Assembly (NCBI GenBank): GCA_052390515.1
Contig: JBQTGV010000165.1
Coordinates: 1-64,000 of the forward strand
DNA: 64,000 nt
DNA from: Candidatus Eiseniibacteriota bacterium
Lineage (GTDB): Bacteria > ARS69
Direction of reading: 5' to 3'
The position numbers and the translations under genes were made by a program. Positions 1 through 9,779 of the stretch are shown here, piece after piece (within the stretch, counting starts at the first letter, position 1; the number at the start of each line of letters is the position of its first letter). Under the pieces are notes generated by a model. That model was not told the origin of the DNA, did not search any database, and worked only from the letters and a program-made list of their open reading frames with translations.

Positions 1-192
1 CAGATCGCCATTCGCCGCGGAACCGGGGCCCGTGGGCTCCGCTCGGTGATGGAGAGCGCGATGCTCGACGTCATGTACGAGACGCCGTCCTCGGAAGGGA
101 TCGAGGAGGTGGTGGTCACCGAGGATGCGGTCCTGGGAAGGAGCGAGCCCATTGTCGTCCTCTCCGAAGGGCACAAGAAGAAGGAAGCCTGA
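1..192 (+). CDS. clpX: ClpX ATPase, C-terminal fragment (partial at window edge)
   Basis: Frame 1 reads ...RRGTGARGLRSVMESAMLDVMYETPS...EEVVVTEDAV; GARGLR is the ClpX sensor-2 region; clpX-lon synteny. Confidence 0.93.
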   Translation, partial: QIAIRRGTGARGLRSVMESAMLDVMYETPSSEGIEEVVVTEDAVLGRSEPIVVLSEGHKKKEA

Positions 193-2647
193 GAAGGCCA
201 CCCGGAGCGCGGCCGCCCGCAAGGTCGCCGCTTCGCGCGCGCTGATCTACCGGCGCGAGGACGGCGAGCAGTTCCGCTTCTCGCCGTCGCTGCCGCTCCT
301 GCCGCTCCGCGACGTGGTCATCTTTCCCGGCATGATCGTGCCGCTGCTCGTCGGCCGTCCCGCCTCCGTGGCCGCGGTGGAGCGGGCGCTCTCCGGCGAC
401 AAGATCTTCTGCGTGCTCGCTCAGAAGGACCCGCGCGAGGCCGAGCCCGGACCCAAGGGCCTGCACGACGTGGGGACGGTCGTGCGCGCGCTGCAGATGC
501 TGCGTATTCCCGACGGGACCATGCGCCTCCTGGTGGAGGGCGTCTGCCGGGTCTCGATTCGCAAGGTGGAGAAGCGCGCGGGACACTTCGCCGTGCGCGT
601 CGCGGTGGCCGAGGCCGGTACGCCCGCCACCTCGGAGCTCAAGGCGCTGGTACGCCAGGCGGTGGCCGGCTTCCAGCGCTACGTGCAGCTCAACAGCCGG
701 ATTCCCGACGAAGTGCTCGCCGCGGTGGCCGGCCCGGACTCGCCCAGCCGGCTGGCGCACGTCATCTCCGGTCATCTGCTGATCGACGTCGCCGCGCGGC
801 AGCGGCTGCTGGCCATCCTGGACTTGAAGCAGCAGCTCACCGAGCTGATCCGCGTGCTCGGCGAGGAGATCGAGGTGCTCGGGCTCGAGCGCAAGATCGA
901 AGGCCAGGTACGGGACCGGGTGAGCCGCGGACAGAAGGAGTTCTGGCTGCAGGAGCAGCTCAAGGCGATCCGCAAGGAGCTCGGCGAAGGCGCCGACGAC
1001 GAGTCGGGAGGCCGGGAGCTCGCCGGCGCGGTGCGTAAAGCGGGGATGCCGAAGGAAGTCCGCGACAAGGCGCTCGCCGAGGTGGATCGGCTCTCGCGCA
1101 TGAGTCCCATGTCCCCGGAAGCGACCGTCGTCCGCGGCTGGGTGGAGACGCTGGTCGAGCTGCCCTGGAAGAAACGCACGCGGGATCGCCTGGACGTCAT
1201 CCAGGCCGCGAAGATCCTCGACGAGGATCACTACGGGCTCGACAAGGTGAAGGACCGGATCCTCGAGTACCTGTCGGTCGTGAAACTGGTGAAGCGGCCG
1301 CGCGGCTCCATCCTCTGTCTCGTCGGGCCGCCCGGCGTCGGCAATACCTCGCGCGGGCGGTCGGTGGCGCGCGCGCTGGGCCGGCGCTTCGTGCGCTTGG
1401 CGCTCGGCGGTATCCGGGACGAGGCCGAGATCCGCGGTCACCGGAGAACGTACATCGGCTCGATGCCCGGCCGGATCATCCAGGGCATCCGCCGCGCCGG
1501 AACCAAGAACCCGGTGTTCCTGCTCGACGAGGTGGACAAGCTGTCTTCGGACTTCCGCGGCGATCCGTCGTCCGCGCTGCTCGAGGTGCTCGATCCGGAG
1601 CAGAACAAGGCCTTCAACGATCACTACCTGGAAGTGGACTTCGACCTCTCCGAGGTGCTGTTCATCACCACCGCGAACGTGCTGCCGGCCATCCCGCCGG
1701 CGCTCCGCGACCGCATGGAAGTGCTTCGCCTGCCGGGATACCTCGAGCACGAGAAGGTCGGCATCGCCCGGAAGTTCCTGCTGCCGCGGCAGATCGCGCG
1801 GCACGGCCTCGCGCCCCTGGACGTCGTCGTGTCCGACCAGGCGCTGCGCACCATCGTGACGCGCTACACCCGGGAAGCCGGCGTGCGCAACGTGGAGCGC
1901 GAGATCGCCGCCATCTGCCGGAAGATCGCGCGGGGCAAGGCCCAAGGCCGTGGCCGTCCGGTGAAGGTCGGCGTCAAGACGCTGGAGAAGCTGCTCGGGT
2001 CCCCCCGGTTCCCGGAGCGGAGGCTGTCCGAGCAGGACCGCGTCGGCGCCGCTTGGGGGCTCGCCTGGACGGAGTACGGCGGCGACGTCCTCGCTTGCGA
2101 GGTCGTGGTCATGTCCGGGTCCGGCAAGATCCAGCTCACCGGCAGGCTCGGCGAGGTGATGCGCGAGTCGGCCCGGGCGGCGCTCTCCTATGCGCGGACC
2201 CGCGCGCAGGCGTTCGGGCTGGCCGCGGACTTCGCCGACCGCGTGGACCTGCACGTACACATGCCCGAGGGAGCCATTCCCAAGGACGGGCCGAGCGCTG
2301 GCGTGTGCATCGCGACCGCGGTGATCAGCGCGCTGCTGCGCATCCCAGTCCGGCGGGACGTGGCCATGACCGGGGAGATCACGCTGCACGGCAAGGTGCT
2401 GCCCATCGGCGGCCTGAACGAGAAGGTCGTGGCCGCCGCGCTGGCCGGGTTCCGCCAGGTGCTCGTGCCCAAGGCGAACCAGCCCGACTGGGCGGAGATC
2501 TCCGACCTGGCCCGCAAGGGGCTCGAGGTCACCTTCGTCGAGCACGTCGACGACGTATTGCGCCAGGCCCTGGTTCCCACGGCGCACCTCGAACGCCTCC
2601 TGGAGGCGAAACCCAGCGGGGAAGGCCTTCCCGGCTTCGCGCACTGA
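152..2647 (+). CDS. lon: Lon ATP-dependent protease (Walker A degenerate as sequenced)
   Basis: [14 protein letters not shown]-domain, LLDEVDK Walker B, PKDGPSAG catalytic Ser, GGLNEK catalytic Lys. Start taken as TTG 152 after AAGGAG; the ORF track starts at 125. Confidence 0.95.
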   Translation: MSSSPKGTRRRKPEKATRSAAARKVAASRALIYRREDGEQFRFSPSLPLLPLRDVVIFPGMIVPLLVGRPASVAAVERALSGDKIFCVLAQKDPREAEPGPKGLHDVGTVVRALQMLRIPDGTMRLLVEGVCRVSIRKVEKRAGHFAVRVAVAEAGTPATSELKALVRQAVAGFQRYVQLNSRIPDEVLAAVAGPDSPSRLAHVISGHLLIDVAARQRLLAILDLKQQLTELIRVLGEEIEVLGLERKIEGQVRDRVSRGQKEFWLQEQLKAIRKELGEGADDESGGRELAGAVRKAGMPKEVRDKALAEVDRLSRMSPMSPEATVVRGWVETLVELPWKKRTRDRLDVIQAAKILDEDHYGLDKVKDRILEYLSVVKLVKRPRGSILCLVGPPGVGNTSRGRSVARALGRRFVRLALGGIRDEAEIRGHRRTYIGSMPGRIIQGIRRAGTKNPVFLLDEVDKLSSDFRGDPSSALLEVLDPEQNKAFNDHYLEVDFDLSEVLFITTANVLPAIPPALRDRMEVLRLPGYLEHEKVGIARKFLLPRQIARHGLAPLDVVVSDQALRTIVTRYTREAGVRNVEREIAAICRKIARGKAQGRGRPVKVGVKTLEKLLGSPRFPERRLSEQDRVGAAWGLAWTEYGGDVLACEVVVMSGSGKIQLTGRLGEVMRESARAALSYARTRAQAFGLAADFADRVDLHVHMPEGAIPKDGPSAGVCIATAVISALLRIPVRRDVAMTGEITLHGKVLPIGGLNEKVVAAALAGFRQVLVPKANQPDWAEISDLARKGLEVTFVEHVDDVLRQALVPTAHLERLLEAKPSGEGLPGFAH

Positions 2648-2648
2648 C

Positions 2649-3263
2649 GTGGCTCGACCGCTCCCCGCCACCTTCGTCAAGGGCGTCGTCCGCCTCGCCG
2701 ACCTGCCGCGCTCCCGCGTCCCGGAGATCGCCGTGTCGGGGCGCTCCAACGTGGGCAAGTCCTCGCTGCTGAACGTGGTGTTCGGGCGCCGGGGACTCGC
2801 CAAGGTGAGCTCGACCCCGGGCAAGACCCGGGAGATCAACTTCTTCTCCATCGGCGACCGCTATCACCTCGTCGACCTTCCCGGGTACGGGTATGCTCGC
2901 GTGCCGGTGCACATGAGCCGCTCGTGGGGCGAGCTGGTCCGGAAGTACCTGGAGGAGCGGCGCCAGCTCGCCGGAGTCATCCAGTTGATCGACGCCCGGC
3001 ACGATCCGACCGCACAGGACCGCGAGATGCTCGCGTGGCTCGCCGAGCGCGACATGGCCGTGCTGGTCGTGGTCACGAAGACCGACAAGGTCAAGCGCAG
3101 CCGCGCGGCGGCGGAGCTGGCCCGGACGCAGCAGAAGCTCGCGGGGTTCCGCGTGGTGACGTTCTCGGCGGCGACCCGGGAGGGCCGCGGGCTGATCCTC
3201 GAGTGGATCGATCGCTCCGTGGCGGAGTGGAGCGCGCGGGGCGCGGCCGAGGAGACCCGCTGA
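2649..3263 (+). CDS. engB: Ribosome biogenesis GTPase YihA/YsxC
   Basis: GRSNVGKSS (G1), TPGKT (G2), DLPGYG (G3), TKTDK (G4); lon-engB synteny. Confidence 0.95.
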   Translation: MARPLPATFVKGVVRLADLPRSRVPEIAVSGRSNVGKSSLLNVVFGRRGLAKVSSTPGKTREINFFSIGDRYHLVDLPGYGYARVPVHMSRSWGELVRKYLEERRQLAGVIQLIDARHDPTAQDREMLAWLAERDMAVLVVVTKTDKVKRSRAAAELARTQQKLAGFRVVTFSAATREGRGLILEWIDRSVAEWSARGAAEETR

Positions 3264-4576
3264 TGGCGGTTCGCGTGCTGGTCGGTGCCCAGTGGGGAGA
3301 CGAGGGCAAGGGCAAGGTCGTCGACTGGCTGGGACGGGAAGCGAAGATCATCGCCCGGTACGCGGGCGGACCCAACGCCGGACACACCGTCGTGGTCCGC
3401 GGCAAGAAGACCGTGTTGCACCACGTGCCCAGCGGGATCCTCTCTCCGGAGGCCTTGTGCCTGCTCGGCAACGGAGTCGTCGTCGACGCCGACATTCTGA
3501 TGGCGGAGATCCGCACGCTCGAGGAGGGTGGGGTCCGTTGCGACGGGCGGATCCGGGTGAGCCCGCGCGCGCACGTGATCCTCGCACCGCACCGGCGGCT
3601 GGACCGGGTGAGCGAAGAGGCCCGCGGCGACGCCGCGATCGGCACGACCGGCAAGGGCATCGGCCCGGCCTACGGCGACAAGGTGCTGCGCCGCGGCATC
3701 CGCGTCGGCGATCTGCTGGACCGCACCGTGCGCGAGGAGCGCGTCCGCGCCGAGGTCGAGGAGATGAACCGCGTGCTGCAGGGGCGCTACGGCACCGAGC
3801 CGCTCGATCCCGCGGAAGTGCAGGAGGAGGCGAAGCGCGCCGGTGCCGTGCTGGCGCCGCTCGTGGCCGACACGCGCGCGCTGCTGCTCGGTGCCATCCG
3901 CCGCGGGGACGGAGTGCTGCTGGAGGGCGCGCAGGGGACGCTGCTCGACCTGGATCACGGAACGTATCCGTTCGCCACGAGCTCGAGCGCCACGGCCGGC
4001 GGTGCCTGCACCGGCTGCGGGATTCCGCCCACGGCCGTCGACTCGGTGTGGGGCGTGGCCAAGGCGTACTGCACGCGCGTCGGCAACGGCCCGTTCCCGA
4101 CCGAGATCCGCGGGGCCGAGGGCGAGGAGCTTCGCGAGCGCGGCGCGGAGTACGGCGCGACGACCGGTCGCCCGCGCCGCTGCGGATGGTTCGACGGGGT
4201 GGCGGCTCGCTACGCGACGGAAGTGAACGGGCTGGAGGCGCTCGCGGTCACGAAACTGGACATCCTGACCGGTCTCGACCCGCTGCGCGTCGCCACGGCC
4301 TACCGCATCGACGGGCGGATCCGGCACGACTTCCCGGACTCCGTCGCGGAGCTCGATCGGGCCGAGCCGGTATACGAGGAGCTCCGCGGCTGGAAGGAAC
4401 CGCTCGGCGACGCCCGCCGCGAGTCGGATCTGCCGGCGGCGGCCCGCGCGTACCTCGCGCGGCTGGCCGAGCTCTCGGGCTGTCGCGTGGTCATGGTCGG
4501 CGTGGGGGCCGAGCGGGATCAGATCGTCGCGATGGCCGGCGGAGCGTCGCTTGACCCTGGATTCCACGCTTCCTAG
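3263..4576 (+). CDS. purA: Adenylosuccinate synthetase
   Basis: GAQWGDEGKG, GGPNAGHT, EGAQGTLLD and GATTGRPRRCGWFD motifs; ATG overlaps the engB stop codon. Confidence 0.97.
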   Translation: MAVRVLVGAQWGDEGKGKVVDWLGREAKIIARYAGGPNAGHTVVVRGKKTVLHHVPSGILSPEALCLLGNGVVVDADILMAEIRTLEEGGVRCDGRIRVSPRAHVILAPHRRLDRVSEEARGDAAIGTTGKGIGPAYGDKVLRRGIRVGDLLDRTVREERVRAEVEEMNRVLQGRYGTEPLDPAEVQEEAKRAGAVLAPLVADTRALLLGAIRRGDGVLLEGAQGTLLDLDHGTYPFATSSSATAGGACTGCGIPPTAVDSVWGVAKAYCTRVGNGPFPTEIRGAEGEELRERGAEYGATTGRPRRCGWFDGVAARYATEVNGLEALAVTKLDILTGLDPLRVATAYRIDGRIRHDFPDSVAELDRAEPVYEELRGWKEPLGDARRESDLPAAARAYLARLAELSGCRVVMVGVGAERDQIVAMAGGASLDPGFHAS

Positions 4577-4579
4577 ACT
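4551..4579 (+). promoter_or_regulatory. sigma70-like promoter for tRNA-Lys
   Basis: TTGACC-N17-TAGACT; the -10 element overlaps the purA TAG stop. Confidence 0.55.
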
Positions 4580-4594
4580 TCGATCGCTTCGGGT

Positions 4595-4670
4595 GGGCCG
4601 TTAGCTCAGTCGGTAGAGCATCTGACTTTTAATCAGAGGGTCGCTGGTTCGATCCCAGCACGGCTCACCA
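4595..4670 (+). tRNA. tRNA-Lys(TTT)
   Basis: GGGCCGT acceptor stem, TAGCTCAGTCGGTAGAGCA D-arm, TCTGA-CTTTTAA-TCAGA anticodon arm, GGTTCGATCCC T-arm, encoded CCA. Confidence 0.97.
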
Positions 4671-4890
4671 CCTCTGCAGCCGCATCCGCACTTCCACGTA
4701 CATGCCTGTTCGCCGCCTCTGGCGGACGTACTTTATGACCGTCCGATCCGTCTTTGTGTCAGAGCCCGCGCCCGGTCGGGCGGCATGCGCTGGTGGCGCT
4801 CGTCGTCGGCCCGGGGTTCCCCCGCGGAACCACGAACGAAGAGGCCAGGAACCCCGGCTGGACCCGATGCCGAGAAAGGACGCCCAGGCC

Positions 4891-7800
4891 ATGCGCCCCG
4901 CGCCCCCAATCCACTGCAGTCCACGACAGAGCCGATCCCGAGTCACGAGCACGTTTCTCGCCGCGCTCACGGTGCTCCTGGCGGCCCCGGTGGCCGCGCA
5001 ATGGACCACGCAGAGCCCCGTCCCCACGTACCTCGACGTCCGCGGCGTCGGCGCCCCGACCGCGGCGCGGGTCTTCCTCGCCACCGAAGACAACTCCTTC
5101 GACACCGGCGGGGCGCTGTGGGAGTCGACCGACGGCGGCTCCACCTGGATCCAGCGTGACGTGCCCGAGAGCCTCGGCGACCCGCTGCACGGGCTCTTCT
5201 TCCTGGATTCGCTGAACGGCTGGACCTTCGGCAACGCCAATTACCGCACCACGGACGGCGGGACGACCTGGACCGCGCTGCCCTTCCTGGGGTCCACGTA
5301 CTTCATGGAGTTTTACACCGCGAGCTTCGGCCTCGCGTCGGGGAACTTCGGCGCGCAGATCAGTCTCGACGGCGGGCTCACCTGGCAGGCCGCCGCGAAC
5401 GGCGAGACCGGCTTCGACTTCGCCGATGCGCTGACCGGCCTCGGCGCGTCGGCTACCGGGATCACCCGGACGACCGACGGCGGCGCCACGTTCGCGCCGG
5501 TTCTGGCGGGCGTCGCGGACGAGGTCATCTTCCTGTCCCCGACCGTTGCGGTCGGCATCGTCGACGGCGCGTTCACGCGCTCGACGGACGGCGGCGCCAC
5601 CTGGACCGCGGGAAGCTCCGCCGCTGGTCGCACCGCGCTCACGACCGTGTCCGCGGACGTCGTGCTCGCGTGGGGCCGGACGGGCTCCTTCCCGAGCTAT
5701 GACGACCGCGTCCTGCGCTCCGACGACGGCGGCCAGACCTGGACCGACCTCGGTGAGGTCCTCGCGGACGGCGTGCTCGCGTTCGTCGTGCCGGCGGCGT
5801 CGGTTGTCGTCGCCGCCGACCTCGACGGCGACATGTTCCGCTCCCTGGACGCGGGCCAGACCTGGACGCAGACCTTCGCCTCTCCTGGGCCGCTGCCGAG
5901 CTTCTTCAGCAGCGCCGCCCCCGCTTTCCCCAGCGCCACGACCGGCTACTTCGGCTACGGCGCGGGGTTCGCCATCAAGACGACGGACGGCGGCGCCTCG
6001 TGGACGCAGATCTCCAGCGGCACCGGGCAGTCCCTCAACGGCATGGCGAAGTTCCCCGGCGGGAGCCTGATCGCCGTCGGTGACAATGGGACGCTCCTCA
6101 CCAGCGCGGGCGGCACGCCGTGGATCCAGCATTCCTCGTTCACGACGAACAACCTGGTCGCCGTCGAGGTGCTCGGCGCGCAGGGCGTCGTCGCGGTGGA
6201 TCAGACCGGACTGCTCTACCGCAGCTCCGACGCGGGCGCCACCTGGACGGCCAGCACCGCCGCGCCGCCGAACCTGAGCGCCGCCGACCTGGACTTCGCC
6301 ACGCCTCTGGATGGCTGGGTGATCGGCTCTGGATTCGGGAGCGGCGCGCTCTTCCACACGACGGACGGCGGTGCTTCCTGGACTCCGGCGCCGAGCATTC
6401 TCGGCGGGTACGTCGCCGTGGACTTCGAGGGGGCGAACGGCTGGGCGGCCAACGTGAGCGGCCTCTACTACCGCACGACGGACGGCGGGGGATCCTGGAC
6501 CTCGGCCAACCTCCCCGGCGACTTCTTCAACGTCGAGGACATGGACTTCTGGAACGCGAACGTCGGTTACGCGGTGGGCTGGTGGGGCTACGCCGCGCGC
6601 AGCAGCGATGCCGGCGCGACCTGGCAGGTCCTGCCCACCCCGAACACCACCGACCACCTGAGCGACCTCTTCCTGGTCGGCCCGAACGAGCTGTGGGCCA
6701 GCACCTACAGCGGCGTGGCGTACTACTCCACGAGCGGCGGGCAGACCTGGTCGGTACTCGACTCCGGCACGCAGGGATTCGGGAGCTTCGCGGCCATCGT
6801 GGCGGACTCTTCCACGAACGCCTGGATGGCCGGCTGGCAGGGTTATATCGAGCACTTCGCCGGCACTCCGCCGCCGCCCCTGAACCAGCCGCCGGTGGCT
6901 TCGTTCTCGTTCGTGGCGAACGGGCTGACCGTGAGCTTCATCGACGCGAGCACGGATCCCGATGGCTCGGTGGTGAGCTGGGCCTGGGACTTCGGCGACG
7001 GCGCGGTCTCGAGCGAGCAGAATCCCACGCACACGTACGCGTCCGCCAACACGTGGCTCGTCAGCCTGACCGTCACCGACGACGACGGCGACACCGGCAC
7101 AGGCGGCGCTGCAGTGGTGGCGCAGCCCGGTCCGGGCGGGACCTTCGGCGATTTCACCGAAGTGACCCCGCTCGATCCGCTGTTCGTCACGTCCCAGAAC
7201 GAGGACTTCTGGGTGTCGACGACGGCGCCGGCCGACTACGACGGCGACGGCGATCTGGACATCGCCGTGCTCGGCTTCTACGTCGTGTACAACACCAGCG
7301 TGCAGGAGAGGCTCGTCCTGTTCCGCAACGACGGAGCGGCCGCTCCCGACGAATGGGACTTCACGTACATCGACCTGCCCATCGGCACGCTGACTTCCGG
7401 CTCCTCGGACCTCTCCTGGGGCGACGTCGACGGCGACGGGGACGACGACCTGGCCGTCGGAACGGACGGGCAGACGGTGATCTTCCGCAACGACGCGGGA
7501 GCGCTCACACTGACCGACACGGTCCTGCCGGCCTACTGGGAGGACAACTCCCAGGCCGACTTCGACCTGCGCTCCATCACCTGGGCGGACTACGACAACG
7601 ACGGTGATCAGGATCTGCTGCTGCCTTCGGTGTGGGACGACAGCACGTTCACCTATCGGACCGCGCTGATGCGCAACGACGGGGCGAACGGAACCGGAGG
7701 CTGGGTCTTCACCGAGGAGACCGCCGCCGGGCTCGCCGCGACCGCGCACGCGCAGAGCGCCTGGGCCGACTTCGACGGCGACAGCGATCTCGACCTCCTG

Positions 7801-9015
7801 CTCGTCCACCTCGCGCCGCTGACGGACGAGGGCTTCATCCGCCGCTACCGCAACGACGGCGGCGGAGCGTTCTTCGCCGAGGACATCCTGGACTCGCTCT
7901 CCATCGAGCACGGCGAGGCGCAGTGGGGCGACTACGACGGCGACGGCGACCTGGACGTGTTGGTCGCCGGGAACCTCAGAGAGCTCGACGGCACGTACAC
8001 GTTCGCGGCGCTGCGCATCTATCGCAACGACGCCGAGACGTACGTTCCGTTCGAGGTGATCGCGAACCCCGCTGCCGACGGCTGGTTCGATCTCACCGCC
8101 GCGACGTGGGCCGACTACGACTCCGACGGCGACGTCGACATCCTGCTGACCGGCACGTACAACTCGGGCTCGCAGATCGAGGGCCGGGCGCGCGTCTACG
8201 ACAACGCGGGCGGAGTCTTCACGGACTCCGGCAACGACCTGCCGGCGCCGCGCGCCAGCGCTTCGCGCGGCGGGACGTTCACCTGGCTCGACATCGACGG
8301 CGAAGGGGATCTCGATTACTTCATCGCCGGCGAGTACTTCGTGCCCGGCGGGAACGGGCTCATCGAGGCGCAGATGCACCTCTATCGCAACGACGTGACC
8401 GGCCAGAACGCGTCGCCGTCCGCGCCGCCGGCTCTCTCGGCCATGGTGGACGAGGGGACGGGGGTCGTGACCCTCTCCTGGACCGCCGCGAGCGACGACC
8501 TCACGCCGGCCGTGGCGCTGACCTACGACCTCGACGTTCGCCTGAACGGCGTTCCGGTGGCGACGCCGCGCCGACTGCCCGAGCCGGGCAACGTGAGCGC
8601 CGTCACTCAGTGGGCGCTGGGTGACTTGCCGGACGGTGCCTACGCGTGGACCGTTCGCGCGGTGGACAGCGCCTACAACAGCGGCCCGGCCGCGGCGGGC
8701 TCCTTCGGGATCGGGGTCCCGGTTTCCTCGCCGTCGGCGATCGGGTTGCCGCTGACCTTCGCCCTGTATCCGGGCTTCCCGAACCCGTTCGAGGCGTCGA
8801 CGACGTTCCGCTTCACGCTGCCGGAGCGTGCCGACGTGAAGTTGTCCGTATACGACGTGTCCGGTCGACTGGTCGTGCGGCTGGTCGACGAGCCACGTGT
8901 TCCGGGGATCCACGACGTCCGCTGGGACGCGCGCGGAGCCGCCAGCGGGATCTACTTCGTTCGCCTGTCGACGCCGAAGTTCGACGAGACGCGACGGGTT
9001 CTGCGGATGAGGTAG
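4891..9015 (+). CDS. Large secreted protein: YCF48/BNR (Asp-box) propellers, PKD, FG-GAP/VCBS repeats, FN3-like domain and FlgD/T9SS-like C-terminal domain
   Basis: Signal peptide (...LLAAPVAA-Q); many S/TxDGGxTW Asp-boxes; WDFGDG PKD motif; DYDGDGDLD repeats; C-terminal PNPF...VYDVSGRLV...WD...ASGIYFVRL. Start uncertain. Confidence 0.88.
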   Translation: MRPAPPIHCSPRQSRSRVTSTFLAALTVLLAAPVAAQWTTQSPVPTYLDVRGVGAPTAARVFLATEDNSFDTGGALWESTDGGSTWIQRDVPESLGDPLHGLFFLDSLNGWTFGNANYRTTDGGTTWTALPFLGSTYFMEFYTASFGLASGNFGAQISLDGGLTWQAAANGETGFDFADALTGLGASATGITRTTDGGATFAPVLAGVADEVIFLSPTVAVGIVDGAFTRSTDGGATWTAGSSAAGRTALTTVSADVVLAWGRTGSFPSYDDRVLRSDDGGQTWTDLGEVLADGVLAFVVPAASVVVAADLDGDMFRSLDAGQTWTQTFASPGPLPSFFSSAAPAFPSATTGYFGYGAGFAIKTTDGGASWTQISSGTGQSLNGMAKFPGGSLIAVGDNGTLLTSAGGTPWIQHSSFTTNNLVAVEVLGAQGVVAVDQTGLLYRSSDAGATWTASTAAPPNLSAADLDFATPLDGWVIGSGFGSGALFHTTDGGASWTPAPSILGGYVAVDFEGANGWAANVSGLYYRTTDGGGSWTSANLPGDFFNVEDMDFWNANVGYAVGWWGYAARSSDAGATWQVLPTPNTTDHLSDLFLVGPNELWASTYSGVAYYSTSGGQTWSVLDSGTQGFGSFAAIVADSSTNAWMAGWQGYIEHFAGTPPPPLNQPPVASFSFVANGLTVSFIDASTDPDGSVVSWAWDFGDGAVSSEQNPTHTYASANTWLVSLTVTDDDGDTGTGGAAVVAQPGPGGTFGDFTEVTPLDPLFVTSQNEDFWVSTTAPADYDGDGDLDIAVLGFYVVYNTSVQERLVLFRNDGAAAPDEWDFTYIDLPIGTLTSGSSDLSWGDVDGDGDDDLAVGTDGQTVIFRNDAGALTLTDTVLPAYWEDNSQADFDLRSITWADYDNDGDQDLLLPSVWDDSTFTYRTALMRNDGANGTGGWVFTEETAAGLAATAHAQSAWADFDGDSDLDLLLVHLAPLTDEGFIRRYRNDGGGAFFAEDILDSLSIEHGEAQWGDYDGDGDLDVLVAGNLRELDGTYTFAALRIYRNDAETYVPFEVIANPAADGWFDLTAATWADYDSDGDVDILLTGTYNSGSQIEGRARVYDNAGGVFTDSGNDLPAPRASASRGGTFTWLDIDGEGDLDYFIAGEYFVPGGNGLIEAQMHLYRNDVTGQNASPSAPPALSAMVDEGTGVVTLSWTAASDDLTPAVALTYDLDVRLNGVPVATPRRLPEPGNVSAVTQWALGDLPDGAYAWTVRAVDSAYNSGPAAAGSFGIGVPVSSPSAIGLPLTFALYPGFPNPFEASTTFRFTLPERADVKLSVYDVSGRLVVRLVDEPRVPGIHDVRWDARGAASGIYFVRLSTPKFDETRRVLRMR

Positions 9016-9028
9016 GAGGCCTCGCGGG

Positions 9029-9057
9029 ATGCCGCTGCGGGACTCCGCGGCGGCGTC
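9029..9057 (+). terminator. GC-rich hairpin downstream of the large secreted-protein gene
   Basis: ATGCCGCTGCGG-GACT-CCGCGGCGGCGT pairs with G-U wobbles on the + strand; no poly-U tail. Confidence 0.4.
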
Positions 9058-9123
9058 TCCGGTACGCGGCACGAGCAGGAAGCCGAAGCCCCCTGCCCGC
9101 GCCGGTGCTCGGAGGTATGCGAG
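9055..9123 (-). ncRNA. Candidate small structured RNA
   Basis: Minus-strand TTGACA-N18-TAGATT (9159-9130) followed by a 16-bp stem closed by cUUCGg (9068-9103) that pairs fully only on the minus strand. Confidence 0.35.
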
Positions 9124-9313
9124 CGATCCAATCTAGGAATGGACCGGCGCCGGTGTCAAGCAAGGCTTCGGTCGGCCAGCTTCGGCGAAAGTCGACGAAA
9201 CGCCGGGATGCGCCTCCAGGGGCTCCGCGGGGCGCTTTCGGCCGGATTCTCCGCGGAGCGGCCCGCCCGAGTCCCGGGCGGTCGGCCGGACGGCCCGACC
9301 CGCCCTCCGGCAG

Positions 9314-9754
9314 CTAGCGGTCAACCGGATCTCCCGTGTCCCCCGGATCTCCGAACCCGGAGTCGGCGAGCAGGGAGGTGAAGCCGGAGCTCGAGGGCGG
9401 GATCCGCTCCCCGCGGTGGCAGGTCCAGCAGGTCACCACTTCGCCCTTGCCGGGGAACCAGCTCTCGTTGACCTCGAGCTGCATCTTCATCATGTCCCGC
9501 GCGACGAGCTTGAGCGGCTTGTCGTCGCTGGCGAAGTCGCGGAGGTCGTGGCAGTCGCGGCAGGCGACACCCAGCGCCTCGTTGAACGTGATCATGTACT
9601 TGCGCGCGTCCACGAGCCGCATCTTCGGATCCATCACCTCGACGTTCTCGAGCTCGTAGCCCGTGCCGACGTCTTTGCCCGCAGCGCGGAGCGAAACCGC
9701 GGCGGCGGCGAGTGCGGACACGGATACGGCGGCGACGAGGAGCGCTCGTTTCAC
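9314..9754 (-). CDS. Periplasmic di-haem c-type cytochrome (resembles the CytoC_RC family)
   Basis: Signal peptide; ALGVACRDCH and VTCWTCHRG haem motifs; intervening ARDMMKM with a candidate Met ligand. Confidence 0.8.
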   Translation of the reverse strand: MKRALLVAAVSVSALAAAAVSLRAAGKDVGTGYELENVEVMDPKMRLVDARKYMITFNEALGVACRDCHDLRDFASDDKPLKLVARDMMKMQLEVNESWFPGKGEVVTCWTCHRGERIPPSSSGFTSLLADSGFGDPGDTGDPVDR

Positions 9755-9779
9755 CGGACTCTCCCGAGGCAGGGGCGGC

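Noticed and set aside
116-9072. Very long antisense or alternate-frame ORFs (e.g. 116-2851 -, 2864-4567 -, 4759-9072 -, and similar ones throughout the window)
   Set aside because: They are shadow ORFs caused by high-GC codon bias opposite clear genes; Arg/Gly/Ala-rich with no motifs.
9314-9754. Evidence of phototrophy
   Set aside because: Only two haem motifs, and no puf, bch or crt genes. YCF48-like repeats nearby are generic Asp-box propellers.
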